A stretch of DNA of 61,696 bases, filler included, from Sluysia triapertura (lineage: Eukaryota), in NCBI GenBank assembly GCA_046118255.1. It is 5 parts of 5 records of this genome, joined end to end, with 100 filler letters (N's around TTAATTAATTAA, not from the genome) between each part and the next. Parts side by side here need not be neighbours in the genome. Positions count along the whole stretch, not along the records: positions 1 to 11,324 come from JBJNIA010185968.1; positions 11,425 to 26,027 come from JBJNIA010253746.1; 3 more parts are not named here. The stretch is one strand, 5' to 3'. Position numbers and translations under genes: made by a program. Positions 1-12,963 of this stretch are shown in pieces. Within the stretch, counting starts at the first letter, position 1; every line of letters starts with the position of its first letter. The notes under the pieces were generated by a model. It was not told where the DNA came from. It worked only from the letters and a program-made list of their open reading frames with translations, and did not search any database.

Positions 1-72
1 CCCGTCTAACTTTTTCATTTTCAATATATTCAATTATACTACTTGGCACTTTTAGGCCTTTTTGCCCCAACA
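1..72 (-). mobile_element. 5' part of tRNA-bearing short-LTR-like repeat (cut by window edge)
   Basis: Minus strand reads TGTTGGGGCAAAAAGGCCTAAAAGTGCC...GTTAGACGGG, matching the leader of the copy at 36546-36694. Confidence 0.75.
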
Positions 73-89
73 TTATTTTTAAGTGCGTC

Positions 90-132
<43 letters not shown>
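90..132. repeat. (AAT)n microsatellite
   Basis: Direct reading of perfect AAT repeats. Confidence 0.95.
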
Positions 133-134
<2 letters not shown>

Positions 135-504
135 TGTAATTTTAATGTAAGAAGTGATTCATGAAAAAATAGATCGAATAGAGTAGAAGAAAAATAAGAG
201 TTGATTGTTAATTGAATTGCTATGTTTTGCTTGACAGGTCATACCATGTAATTGTCAAAGTCGATTTAGTCGGTGTAATCTTTAAAAAGGTTTTGATGAT
301 TTGTAAGTTTGAGAGTGATACAGAGATACAAAAGAGAATACTTACAAAAATTTAAAACACAATCCTAACGTACAGTATTGAAAGGAAAATTCATGATTAT
401 CGTAAATTTTTTATTATTATTCTTTTATTATTAATATTAAAAAACAATTTTTGTTTGGAAGTTTTTATTAAATTGATTTTGTTTGATTTTTAGGAGAGAG
501 CCCT

Positions 505-705
505 TCCAAGTCATTTTGAAGAATTTTTAAGTGCTTCATTATCATTTTTTAATTAAGCTCTCGTAAACTGACTTTATTTGATTTCATTTGACTTCAAACT
601 CTTAGTTCAAGTTATTTTGAAGAGTTTTTAAGTGTTTCATTATCATTTTTCAATTCAGCTCTCGTTAAATTAACTTTTTTTTGAATTTAATTGAATTTAG
701 GGAGA
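505..705. repeat. ~100-bp tandem duplication (2 copies)
   Basis: caagt(c/t)attttgaaga(a/g)tttttaagtg(c/t)ttcattatcattttt...agctctcgt occurs twice about 100 nt apart. Confidence 0.8.
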
Positions 706-1147
706 CTCCCTACCTAAATTACTTTAAGGTTTTTCGGCACTTAAGTTAGAATAGAGTTATTCGATAAGATATAAGTATTATTATTGTTTTCCATTTCTTC
801 ATATATTGGTAATTTAACTTTTGTTGTCTGGTTTCTTTGGATATATTTTTGTGGTCTTAATATTGTCATAAATTTTATTGGTAACTTTGAAATTTAGTTA
901 TTTTTCATTTAGTTTATTTGCATTATTGTTCAAGTTGAGAATTATAATAATGACTTGTATTTGATTTTGTAATTATTATTGTAATCAACGACGTAACGTA
1001 ATAACGTAATTTTTGGTTTGAATAAAAATCATTATTATAATAAGAAAATTTGTTATACTTGATCTAGTGAATATTGAAATCATTTGAGATTCTATTTAAG
1101 TAAAGTAAATTAATGTTAGTTTATTTTATTATTGATTTCAAAGAGGC

Positions 1148-1148
<1 letters not shown>

Positions 1149-1208
<60 letters not shown>

Positions 1209-1240
1209 GGATAATGATAATAATAACAGTCACATTAAAC

Positions 1241-1273
<33 letters not shown>

Positions 1274-1292
1274 TAACAATAACAATAACAAT
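1149..1292. repeat. (AAT)n/(AACAAT)n microsatellite
   Basis: Direct reading. Confidence 0.9.
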
Positions 1293-3037
1293 ATTAAAGT
1301 AATGATAATAATGATGCGATTTCTCTAAAAAAACTGCTAACAAATATCGACTTAATAACTTACGGATTCGCCTTTATTCTGTGATTTATATCCCATGGAA
1401 GACTCAGCTACAGGACTATAATAAATTGAAAATTATACGAGAAAGTAACTGCTTTACTTCTGAAATGTCAATATTAAATCTTCCTCATTTTTACTCTTTA
1501 AATAACTCCTGCTACTATTGATTTTAAAATCTGTAATTTAAAAGTTAAGAAATGGAAATTTTATTAATAAACTAACTAGTACAATATAAAACAAACTAGT
1601 AACAATAAAAAATTCAAGTAAATAAGAAAATCTGATCCAAAGATAGTAATAATAATAATTAATTATTAATTAATTAAGTAAAAATGTATTTACTTATTCA
1701 TAGTTAAAAACCCTTAATGACAATTTTTCTAAAATGCATGCTTTATTTTTCTAAAATAAAGCGCTATCAATAGTGTTTATTCATTATTGCACTTATGTAA
1801 AAAAAATTACATCACGAATCATTTAAAAAAGGTAAATTTTTCAATAATTTGTTCGTCGAATTGCCAAACTAATTTTTCTACTCAATTACTGAAAATCCAT
1901 AAGAATAATTTCGATTCACTAAAAGGAGCTTTCGACTCTTAGAAACTTTAATACAATACATTAAATATTATTTCTTTAACGATTATACATCTAATTTTAT
2001 TTCATTACTAGTATACATTAATTTATTTATAGTAGTCTTCATATTATTTATTTGATTTTAACAGTCATCACCAACCCTTTCAAAAGCCACTTTAAATAGG
2101 TATTAAATTAAGGTTGTTATTGATAAGATAAAATCAACTTAATTTATGTAGTTTCAAAAGTTTTAAAATCAGTAATATTATTGTTCTTTTAAGGTTTATT
2201 TTAAAGAAACTCACAAAATCTATTTTTCAAGGACATAAAATAATTTTGTAAATTAAATTTTATAGGAGCAACTTAAAAGAATCGTAGACTCACTTGCAAC
2301 AATAACAGAATTTCTTTTAAAGATAGTCATGTTAATACCCTATTGATTTAAAGTTAGTAAGTGACATCCAAAATTTTTGCTATTTATTCTTTGACTCAAA
2401 AATCCTGCGGACAAGCTCTTAATTGCGTAAGTCTTGGATCAAGATGAACTCACTAAAATTTCAATGAGTTAATTTATTATAGTTAGTTTTCATCTTAGTC
2501 TCCAGATAAAATTTTATTTATTTTTTGGGACAAATAAATAAGGATAAATTATCTCCAAAGGTACTTGTACCTGGATTGTAAGAAATTCGAATTTATAAGT
2601 GCAATTTCGCCAAATAACCTCAAAAATAAATTAACCCTAATTGTCCAACTGTTTACCAGAATGATTGAAAATAATGATTGTGACAAAAAATATTGTGTGA
2701 TTTTTCCAAAATTTAAACATACAGTATTTTTAGATAATAGCAAATATCAACGTGTATTAATAATAGTAATAACACTAATAAGGTACACCATTAAAGGCTT
2801 ACATGCCTTTTACAAAATTATTATATATAACTAATTATTATATTTTTGGTGAATTATTATTTATTTAACATTTTCATTATTATGTCATTATTATTATTTT
2901 GTGTAATTATTATTAATTATTTAATATTTTATGCATTATTTATTCTTATAGATTGTCATTGTTATTGTTATTATTCAATTATTTTACGTTAGTCCTTTAG
3001 ATGTGGATCCTGACGATATTATTAAAATTATTATTAT

Positions 3038-3530
3038 TGTTTTCCCAAGCAGGAATGAGAAGTGAGCTTAACTGTTAAAAAATATTTATCATTATTAATT
3101 CATTTTAAACTAACTTTAAATTTAAGACTCATTAAGTCAAAAAATAAACTTTAAGCTTAATTATATTCAATGGAATACAAGTATTATAATCAAATAAGTC
3201 TGACAGAGGAATTCAATTACTCTTACAATTGTAAAGTCTTACTAGAGAAGTTTAATATTTAAAGTAAATTAAACAGCTATAAACTATAAAAAGAAAATGC
3301 AAATATAAACAATCAACCAAAAATATTAATTTAAATTATTAATAAATATATAATAGAACAAAATAAGATTTCCCCAAAACAACTTAAAAATTTTAAATTA
3401 AAATTCATATTAAAAACAATTAATTCAATTCCCAAAGTAAACAATTCAAAATTACCAATTATAATTCCCCCAAATATATAGTTAATATATTTTATGACCT
3501 TAGCGTTGCTGTGTCTTTTTTGATTAATTA
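3038..3530 (-). mobile_element. possible decayed BEL/Pao-like solo LTR
   Basis: Minus strand ends ...TTTTAACAG TTAAGCTC...CTGCTTGGGAAAACA (splice-acceptor-like motif shortly before an AACA end). The other end and a TSD were not identified. Confidence 0.25.
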
Positions 3531-5744
3531 ATTATTGCAAGTATAAGTTGTAATTAGCCTGTAGTCAGTGATTTATATCCAAAAGGAAGACAACGCTGCA
3601 GGATTTGAATAATTGGAGAGTCTACGATTAAGCTAGGTCTTGCTAAAGTCAACAAATGTAAATTATTTATGATTATTCTAACAACAAAATGAATAAGACA
3701 AAAAACGACTGCAAGTAAAAATTTACAAATTATCAAATATTCTTTATAAAACAAAGTTAAAGCGATAAATTATGTTAAAATTAAGATTTCCCTTAATTAT
3801 TAATACAATATTTTGATGAAGATTTTAAGCCTGGATTAAGTCTAGGCGGGAAAAGTTGTGGAAACTATCTGACTAAAGGATTTAACAATTGTTTATGTTT
3901 TCCAAAATCAATGATAATGATTCTCCAAGTTGTTGAAATGGTATTATGATGATTTAACTTTGTGAACACCGTTATTATAATGATCATGATTTGCAAATAC
4001 TATGTTGTCACTTAATATATACGTTATTCTCTTTATATTAATTATTACTTGTGTAATATGATAGTTTTATTAATTCCAACACTTATTTTCAAAATTTAGT
4101 GTTTCAATTTCCAAAATATAATATTTAAAAATGATGTCTTTCAATTAAAGTCATAAAATCAATTTGAAGCAGTTAATTTCGACAATATAATATTACGATG
4201 ACATTTCAATTTTCTAATTTTCTATGATTTCAAGAACGTCAAGCTTACTAATTTAATATTCCTATTTTGCTTCAATTATTATTGTTATTATTAATAAATT
4301 TTATTCATTATTATTATTATTATTCATTATAGTATTTATTATTATTATTATTACGTAGGTATATTTACTTATTATTATTATTATCATTTACACAGGTTTA
4401 TATACATAAGTTGTAGCGTTTTACTGCTTGAATCTTCAACAATATAGGAACCTCATAATTTCACACTAAGTACTTTTTCACCATGCAATCAAATATTCTC
4501 TCACACAAATTCTTAGAACCTTCTTTGAGGATTAAACTGACAATATTATTATTTTCTTTGACTTTACTCGCTCTATCTTTACTTATTCTTATTTTATTAT
4601 TACTTATTGTTATTTTATTTCTCACACTAAAGTAACAATCATCAGTATTATCAACGTACATAAAAATAATGAATTTAATTTTAGATTTTAGAATTCAATT
4701 ACTTTTTAGTCTTTCACTTAATTTTCAATATAAAATGTTTAAGTTTTTCATTCTCAAACAGACCATTCCACATTTCAAATTCATCTCTGGATTTTCCTCT
4801 TTTAATAGCAATCGTCTCTCGTTCAGTTTATTATCTTTTGATAATTCTAAGGATAAAAAATTCAAATTAATTGAGAATTAAGTAAAATTTGACTTTACCA
4901 ACTCTTAAAGATTTTCTTGCATGAACTCAGTCAAATTAAACCTTCGTATACATATGCACATGCAGTTACAAATTCGTCATAGCATTCCTCATTCAAACGT
5001 TATTTAATATAAAGAAATTTTTTCTTAAGATTTTAATTAATTAATCTATTTTTAGATATAGTTTTACTTTATGTTTAAAAGTTTTATTAATCTTCACCAC
5101 TCTGATTCTTTTTTCTTCCATTTTCAAATGATTTGTGAATGAACTATCTTACAAAATTAATGTATAATACAAATGGTCCGTCTATAGTCTGTGATTTATG
5201 TTAAATATATCGATGTATCTATAGGATTTAATTCTTTATAATTACTTACTGGCATTTATAGCTATTGTCTTTGAATATACTTTACACATTATTACTTTTA
5301 TTCTAAAGCGTTAGCTATACTCTTTTGAATTTAATATGGGCGATTTTTTAATTTTCTGTTCAAATCCAGCCCTATTTTTATTAACAATTTATTTAAATAA
5401 AACACTAGATATCAATATATTAATTGCCATAAACTCAAAACCCTAAGCAATAAAATTTTTTCATGCATAAATATAAATATTAATAAACAAAAATTTGTTA
5501 CAAATAATGCAAAATTTAAATAATTTTCAGACTTGATTATTTCTTTTTAATTTAAGTCAGAATTTATATATTACTTAAATAACTTTAAAAAGACTGACGA
5601 ATGAGACAATGATCTTGTCATTTAAAGATAATGACAACGAGGTTTAATCTTGGTGATACAGTAAAATTGTCTTTTGCATGGGGTAACATGAAGTTTATCG
5701 CAGAAATCGATTGCATGCAAAAACGCAACAAAAGTAGTTTCTCC

Positions 5745-6900
5745 TCGTCTTGGACAAAAAAACTTATAAAGCTTGAGCAAAAATATATTCCACATTCGAT
5801 TGAGAATTGATGGCTATTTTCTTATCAATAAAACACTTCGAATATTTATTGATACCAGCTTAATTCATACTCCGATCAGACCACAAACCATTGTTGCACT
5901 TGTTCAACATGAGAAATCCAACTCCAAGGCAACAACGGTACATAAGTTACCTTTCCCAATTCAATTTCAATATTGAATACATTCCGGGGCAAGAAAATGT
6001 GATCGCGGATGCCTTATCCCGCGTAGGCATAAACAGCATTGAATTTCTACCGTTGTTCATTGATGAAGACCTACAACGGAATCCTCCAACAAATCAGGAA
6101 ATCGCTCAATTTAGCGTAACTCCAACACTGCGTGAAGGATTATACTTCGATTATCAATTATCAGTCATCGTACGCCCAGTTATTGGCCAAGATCTACGCA
6201 TTTCAGCTTTCCAATACGTACACAACACGACCCACTGCGGAGCTAAGGCAACATACGAAGTCTTACGCTCTAAGGTCGTATGGCCATCTATGCGCAGGGA
6301 TATCAAACAATCCTTTTTGGTATGCCAGTCTGTAAAAGTTCGCAAGCACACAAAACCGGGACCGCTTCATCTATTTGAAACAATCCACATGGACATTGTC
6401 GATGCACGATAATTGGGTCGATGCCTTGTCTTTAATTTTACTAGGTTGGCGTAATAAACCGCACACTGCTACCGGATATTCACCAGCCAAAATAGTTCTA
6501 GGTACAAATACAAGACTACCTTTCGAGCTATTTGAAACAGATAATACCACTTCTACGAAAGTATTTCAATGAACTCAACAATGACAACTCATACATTCAT
6601 ATACCCAGAGACATGCTTGAGACTCGAAAATCCTACATTCTTACAAAAAAGATATTCGGGACCCCATAAAGTCATCAAGATCAATCCCGAAAACCACACA
6701 GCTATGGTCAACTTTAACGGCGAAAACAAAATACTCAACTGGTGCAAACTAAAACCTACGACCATTCTCGTCAATCATCAAAAAGACCAACCCTTACCAA
6801 ACAAGTCGTTTTACATAAAACGGCGAATACAAATGTGAAATTAAAACTAAATAATGGTTGCTATAAGAATTCCCAGTACGCTCCGCGTCTAGAGGGGAGC
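5745..6900 (+). mobile_element. Ty3/Gypsy LTR retrotransposon pol remnant (RNase H, integrase), frameshifted and internally deleted
   Basis: RNase H motifs YSTFD*ELMAIFLSIKHF, SDHKPL, RQQRYISYLSQF and IEYIPGQENVIADALSR. Integrase motifs H-x3-H, WPSMRRDI, CQSVKV, FETIHMDIV, WVDALSLILLGWRN, TGYSPA and YSGPHKV. Polypurine tract AGAGGGGAG at 6891-6899. Confidence 0.93.
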
Positions 6901-6903
6901 TCA

Positions 6904-7055
6904 TATGGTGGTACAGCCCCTTAAATTACATGAATTATACTCACTCCAGTCACAAACTATATAAACCATATCACAAAACCACACTACAATAAAATTCATC
7001 CGTGATCATTACACTATTACACCTCTCATCATTAACAAAGCATAGACGCACGACA
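6904..7055 (+). mobile_element. 3' LTR of the Gypsy element (~152 bp)
   Basis: Follows the PPT. Starts T(A)TGGTG and ends CACGACA (degenerate TGTGGTG/CACCACA). Contains TATATAAA (~6958) and AATAAA (~6988). Confidence 0.65.
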
Positions 7056-7849
7056 AAATCCCTAATATCTTATTAATATTTTGCTCATTAACATTTAAAT
7101 AATGTTTATCATCATTTTGTCACAACTACGACACTATTCTCCTAGTGTATTTTATTTTATGCATAATTTAAATCTTTAATTGTAACTCAAATCTAGATAC
7201 GAAATCTTCTATTTCTGCAAGATTAATCCTTTTAATGGTATGAATTAAGTATACGTTTGTTAGATTTATATCCGAATAATTTTTCATCAACAATAATGCA
7301 AGAAAATTTTAGTCAACACAGTTTTGTGAAACAGTGGGACGGTTTATCTTTACCTCATATTGCATTTTTATTGAAAAGATCCATATCAGATTCATATCAG
7401 ATATTTATGAAGCAGTCTCAAGAAGCCTAAACATACTGATTATTTCAAGTTATTTTATACTTCTCTATTCGTCTTAAGATTGACTATGATATCATTTATT
7501 TACTTTTTATATTTGTGCAGGTTTAAATTGTCAACGAATGTTTTTTCATTTTATGTTTATGATAATTTACTTTATGTTGTGTTTTTCGTTTATTTTATCA
7601 ACAATTAGAGCTACGTTTATATTTATATTTAGTTAAATTGCGAATTTTTTAACCAGTTGTACACTTTAATTTTTTTAAAAGTTCATTTGATGTAATAGTA
7701 ATGACTCAAAAAAAACGGATTCATGAAACATAATTATAAAAATCAATATTACAAAAAAGAAATTTATTTTTGTTTTTGTCTTTTTGGCAAAAAATTTTAA
7801 AAAAAGGAAGATTGTGTGAATTTGAACTCAGACGAGGTTATGCACGTAC

Positions 7850-8340
7850 TTGACTTGAAGCTGCTGACGATGCTATTAGTATAGGAAGTAGTATACATCG
7901 TGCTAATAATGGTTTTAATTTGAAAGCAAAAAGGTTAATACTCAAATATTTAAAAACTTTTAGTAGATTACGAATTTTGGATATGTCTATAAGTCATCAG
8001 AAATTGAACGCAATTTCCGACAAAACTATTTGTAAGCAATCTTGTAAAATTAATCGAGATTGTACCAATGAAATACCTTTTAATCACGCATTGCTTGAGT
8101 CTATTCCTGAAGATAATAGAGAAACTTCATTTGTTATCCTTCAGAATCCAGTTATAGAAAAATTATCCGCTAAGTATTCAGAACCTTCTTCAAAATATTA
8201 CGAGTCGTCAAGTGTCTACTCTTTCAATTTATTCAAGTTTACTATGGATAGAAACAGATCCAGGTGCGAGGCTTGCTTCTCGTTTGTCTAAAGTAGAAAA
8301 AAGTATTTTAAGTGATTTGCGTAATGTATTGATGAATTGT
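7850..8340 (+). mobile_element. possible BEL/Pao pol remnant
   Basis: DDAISIG...NGFNLK and HALLESIPEDNRE resemble the BEL RT C-terminal motifs GGFNLRKW and LxSIPEEDR. Very decayed. Confidence 0.3.
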
Positions 8341-8374
8341 AAAAGATCAATCGGAAAATTGAATTTTAATACTA

Positions 8375-8859
8375 AATGAATCTTTCCGGCATCCACTATT
8401 ATAATCAACGCTGCAGAAGCCACCAGAATGATTTGTTGCGTTAGGAGAAAAGGCAGTCAGTGAACAACAGCACAAAAGTGATTTTCGAAATTTAACAGGG
8501 AAATTTTGATTTAACGATGCACCTCGGTTAGGCCGACTTAGCGACTTTGATGAAGACTGTTTGAACCAATTGATTCATGATGATCCGCGTCAATCGACAC
8601 GGGCGCTTGGACAAGCCATGCATTGTAATCACACCACTATTTATCGACATCTCAAGAAAATGAGAAAAGCTTGGATCATGGGTACCTCACCTTCTCAAAG
8701 AAAGTCACAAAATCAACGTATTTTGATTTCTGCATCTTTACCAATGTTTAATAAATTCATTTTGTTATCTGGAATTTGTTGCATGGTTTTTATTCTTGAT
8801 CAGTATTCATTTTTCATAATTGTGATAAACCGCACGAACTTATGCACCAACCCATTATA
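8375..8859 (+). mobile_element. mariner (DD34D) transposon remnant, catalytic domain deleted
   Basis: NAAEATRMIC, DAPRLGR, DDPRQSTRAL, HTTIYRHLKKM and GSWVPHLL (HTH plus WVPH linker). Right TIR-like ACCGCACGAACTTATGCACCAACCCATTA at ~8830-8858. Confidence 0.9.
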
Positions 8860-9296
8860 TAATACAACAATTATATTTGTGAACAGTATGAATGTTCAAA
8901 AAGTATATATAAAATAAAAACCAAACAGCAGATTAGAAAACGATTATAAGAATATCGTCAACATACATAAATTGTCGGCGGCAGCACATGCATTCATTCG
9001 TCGGCCCTCTAAGGGAACCCATCAGCCATATTCTGGCCCTGCCTAGTTACGGCTTTGTATTATGAACAAGTTGCTATGACCATTCTTTGGCCAAAATCTA
9101 TTACAACTTTACATCAAACATCTCACCTATCATTGTGCGGTTCCCATTGTTGTTTTCTTTATCTTGCAAGTTTAATTTTAATTCGGTATTTTTGTCATTA
9201 TTATTCTATTTTGAAAGTTTGTTTCTTTTATAATTTAAATTTGTTTTATCCCCATTACTGTGGAAATTAATCAATAAAATGCTTTCGTATTTCTAC

Positions 9297-9297
9297 T

Positions 9298-9328
<31 letters not shown>

Positions 9329-9700
9329 TATTACTATTATTATAATTATCATTATTATTTTCACTATTATTATAATTATCGTTATTATTATTATCATTAC
9401 TATTATCATTATCATTATTAATATCATTATTATTATTACTATTGTCATTATTATTATCACTATTATTATAATTATCGTTATTATTATTATCATTACTATT
9501 ATCATCATCATTATTATTAGCGTTATTATTATAATTACTATTATCATTAACATTATTATTATCACTATTATTACAATTATCGTTATTATTATTATTATCA
9601 TTACTATTATCTTCATCATTATTATTATCATCATTATTATTATTATCAATATTATGATTATCATCATCATTATTATCATTATCATGATTATGATTATCAC
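9297..9700. repeat. imperfect (ATT/ATC)n microsatellite with higher-order repeats
   Basis: Direct reading. It explains the poly-Ile and poly-Asn ORFs at 9267-9746. Confidence 0.95.
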
Positions 9701-9996
9701 ATGGATTCAAATTATTCAAAATAGCTCAAGTTCCACTGGACACTGAGCCACAAAGGGTCAAAGTACGAGTAACGTGGAATATGTAACTGTTGAAATATTA
9801 GAAATATTTTCATTTTCAAACATAACAAAATTTAATGTACTTATAGTTAATTTTACAAATACTAACACTGAATAAATCAACTATAAATCGATTACTTACA
9901 TTTATTGAGTAGTAGATGCTGCACTTAGTAGGCAAAAAGTGAAGATATTTTGTAAAACAATTTCGACATTTGGCAATAAAAATAAACTTTACTAAC

Positions 9997-10167
9997 GTTG
10001 TCTGACCAATAAAAATAATTCTTTATCTGATTCGACAATTTGACGCAACAATTCATGCCGTCCTGTTAATTCAGCACCAACTAAAACAATTGGTCGTTTT
10101 CGGTGTGGTTGAGGTAAGAATAACTGTACAAATTCGTACGTTATAATGGAATTATCTGTATTGTCAT
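9997..10167 (-). CDS. internal exon of an MPP/PALS-type MAGUK (HOOK end and start of guanylate kinase domain)
   Basis: DNTDNSIITYEFVQLFLPQPHRKRPIVLVGAELTGRHELLRQIVESDKELF resembles MPP5/MPP7 ILTYEEMxLYxQPANRKRPIILIG. AG acceptor at 10169-10168, GTTAGT donor at 9996, 171 nt, phase 1-1. Confidence 0.85.
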
Positions 10168-10919
10168 CTAGAATGAAGGGGAACAATGTACAAATTGTTT
10201 CAATTATTTATTAGCAAACTACCATTATCATAATTTAATTACTAATAGATCTATTAAAATCGATTGACGGCACCTCTCTCTAGGCAACCAGTGACAAGAA
10301 ATATAAGAAATATAAGTGGTAACGTGATTGGTGGTTGCACAAACGAATCACATTTATGCAAAGAAATACGAATTTTAATGTTCCAGTATGGTATTTAAAG
10401 CGCTTAAACAAAATATAAGATGATCGTTTACAAATTTAATTGTTAAAACTCGAAAGTGGAACACCTTCTTTATCACAGTAAAACCTTGTGGAAGAAACTT
10501 GTTCGATCTCATATTCGGTCTACATTTAACATGCTTATAATGTGTACCAAGGTTTTTTATTAATTGAAATGAAGTTACGGAATTGGAATTATGTTGTAAT
10601 GACCCTCAAAAAATACTAATTTCCTCATTTTAAAATTCGACTTTGTCACAATATGAAAAGATTGTAAAATGCAGTTATAAGAGCTATCACAATAATTCTG
10701 AAATGTACAGATTTTTCTAATAAATATTACGAAAACACTGGAGAACCACGTTTTTTCGGACGTAAACCACAAAATGGACTGTGGTATTAATATTTTTTGA
10801 GATGGCACTAGTTCAAGATATCATTCTTAAGGTTTCTAAAATCTGATCAAAAAAGCGCTGATTGGGTAAAATTACAATCTAAAAATAGAACAATCATGCA
10901 TAAACATACTTACCAGTGA

Positions 10920-11324
10920 TAATGATAATAATAATCATAATGATAATAATAGCCGAATAACGCTTATTGCCGTTGCATGTATGTTGAGTATACGTTGTTT
11001 ATTTACGTTAGTGCTTGGCTATATCACTTGTATACAGTATATGATAGGATATTTTAGAAATGTCTGTATCACGTCTATTCTGTATAGAATGTCACTGTGG
11101 ATTCTGTATAGATTCTAGGCTTCCAAATTTTTTATTATTTCTAAAACACATTCAGGACTTCCGTAATGAAAGCATTTGTAAATTATTGTCATGATTTTGA
11201 ATTCTATTCTTGCTATGTAATTCGTTAGGATAAGGTGTTACATAAGTGATCTTCTTCCAACTTGGAGAATTAGTCTTGCTGTTTGATTAATTATTAATTG
11301 TAATTTTTCTATATGAAATTGAGT
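10920..11324 (-). mobile_element. L2/CR1-group LINE 3' end
   Basis: QLIINQTARLIL...ARIEFKIMTIIYKCFHYGSPE is the typical RT C-terminal region. It ends in a (TTA)-like tail. A second copy is at 41130-41400. Confidence 0.8.
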
Positions 11325-11424
11325 NNNNNNNNNNNNNNNNNNNNNNNNNNNNNNNNNNNNNNNNNNNNTTAATTAATTAANNNNNNNNNNNNNNNNNNNN
11401 NNNNNNNNNNNNNNNNNNNNNNNN
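11325..11424. other. artificial assembly linker N44-TTAATTAATTAA-N44
   Basis: Exactly 100 nt with a six-frame stop cassette. Confidence 0.97.
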
Positions 11425-12151
11425 ATATTTGGTAGTTTGAAGTGTGAATTGTAATTCTAGTATTGTGAAATTGTGGGTTAAAATATTTTAGATGATATTT
11501 GAAATGTACATTAATGGTTTTGATGTTATAAGGTTATGAATTTAACTGTTTTAAAATGTAAAAAGGTTTTAATAGATCTGAGAAAGTGAAATGTAAGAAT
11601 ATGTAATATTTCATGTGAAGTAGTCATTTGAATTTTAAGTGAAAGGTTGGCCACCACAGTAATAGAATTGATGCTGAAGATGTATGCAGGATAAAACCTG
11701 AAAAGTTGCAAGAATTGTGACGTGTCGAGGTTTTTTGTTTTACTTGTGGAACTGTGTAATAAAATTATAAATTTAATTTTAAGCCGCTACATCAAACCCC
11801 TTCCGATGAGATGAATAATTTAATAGGATTTTCAATGTGTTCCAATCAACTTTGTCTTTTCCATTGATATTTATTGCTGCAGTATTATCCGGATGTACTT
11901 TATAAAATCAAAAATGTGCTCGTATTATTAGTTGTTTAACTAATAATATTTAATATTTAAAAAATTAAAAATTAAACATTTCTGGATTAGGGCAGTTGTT
12001 GGAAGTGTGAACGTGAATAATCGATAATGAATTAGTCAATTTCGTATGGTATATTTAAAAATAGTATTATTGTGGTTAAAGTGAAAAAGTAATAAAATTA
12101 ATTTAATTAAATCAGAGGCTAAAAGTATGTCTTTGTGGTATTAAATTGTGA

Positions 12152-12256
12152 TGTTAATACAGTATAATAAGCTTAAAAAGTGCCAAATTGTATAACTGAT
12201 TGAACTAATAGTTCAGTGGTCATAGTAACGAACTGTGAAAATCGTCAAGTCTAACA
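12152..12256 (+). mobile_element. degenerate copy of tRNA-bearing LTR-like repeat
   Basis: AAAAGTGCCAA leader, A-box-like ATAGTTCAGTGGTC, CGAACTGTG and terminal AAGTCTAACA. The B box is deleted. Confidence 0.55.
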
Positions 12257-12337
12257 GTTACAATTTTTATTTATTAATAATTAATTATTAATTAATAATA
12301 CCTAAAACTAAATAATTATTTTGTAATTATTATTTAG

Positions 12338-12492
12338 TTTGCACATATCGTGTCCAAATTTATACTGGCAATAAAAAATATGCAGGTACTGATTCGAATG
12401 TATTTATTAATCTGTTCGGGAGTATTTGTGATTGTGGAGATCGATGGTTGACTCATTCATTAACAAATAGTAATAAATTCGAAAAAGGCCAG
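12338..12492 (+). CDS. LOXHD1: LOXHD1 exon
   Basis: CTYRVQIYTGNKKYAGTDSNVFINLFGSICDCGDRWLTHSLTNSNKFEKGQ, AG/GT bounded. Confidence 0.9.
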
Positions 12493-12907
12493 GTACATGA
12501 CTTAATTTATTATTTTATAGATATAAAATTATAATTTATAAATAATTATCAAATGTAGTTTCAAAATAGAAAAATCATTATTTAAAAATTAACATTTGTT
12601 TAAAAATAAATAAAATAAATAGTATATGTTTAAAATTATTAAAATTATGTATTTAAAATAATGTTTAAAATTATTGTATATGTGACATTACAAGTTATGC
12701 ATTTGTATTAAATTTATATTTCATTTCAATTTACATTTTAAATTAAACAAAGAATAAAAAATTCCTTGTGGTTGTATTAAATTATTCTCTACAATAATGA
12801 TGTTTCAATATAACTTTAAGTACAGGAAAAACTACAACAAACAAGAACAATAAATTTCATATTTATTGTATTAATAAAGCTACAGTAATAATAATAATAA
12901 TAATAGC

Positions 12908-12963
<56 letters not shown>

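Noticed and set aside
3550-3900. Penelope GIY-YIG-like fragment (IGES..KLG)
   Set aside because: One short motif only, with no supporting RT sequence or ribozyme core.
9267-9746. Poly-Ile and poly-Asn ORFs
   Set aside because: By-products of the ATT/ATC microsatellite.
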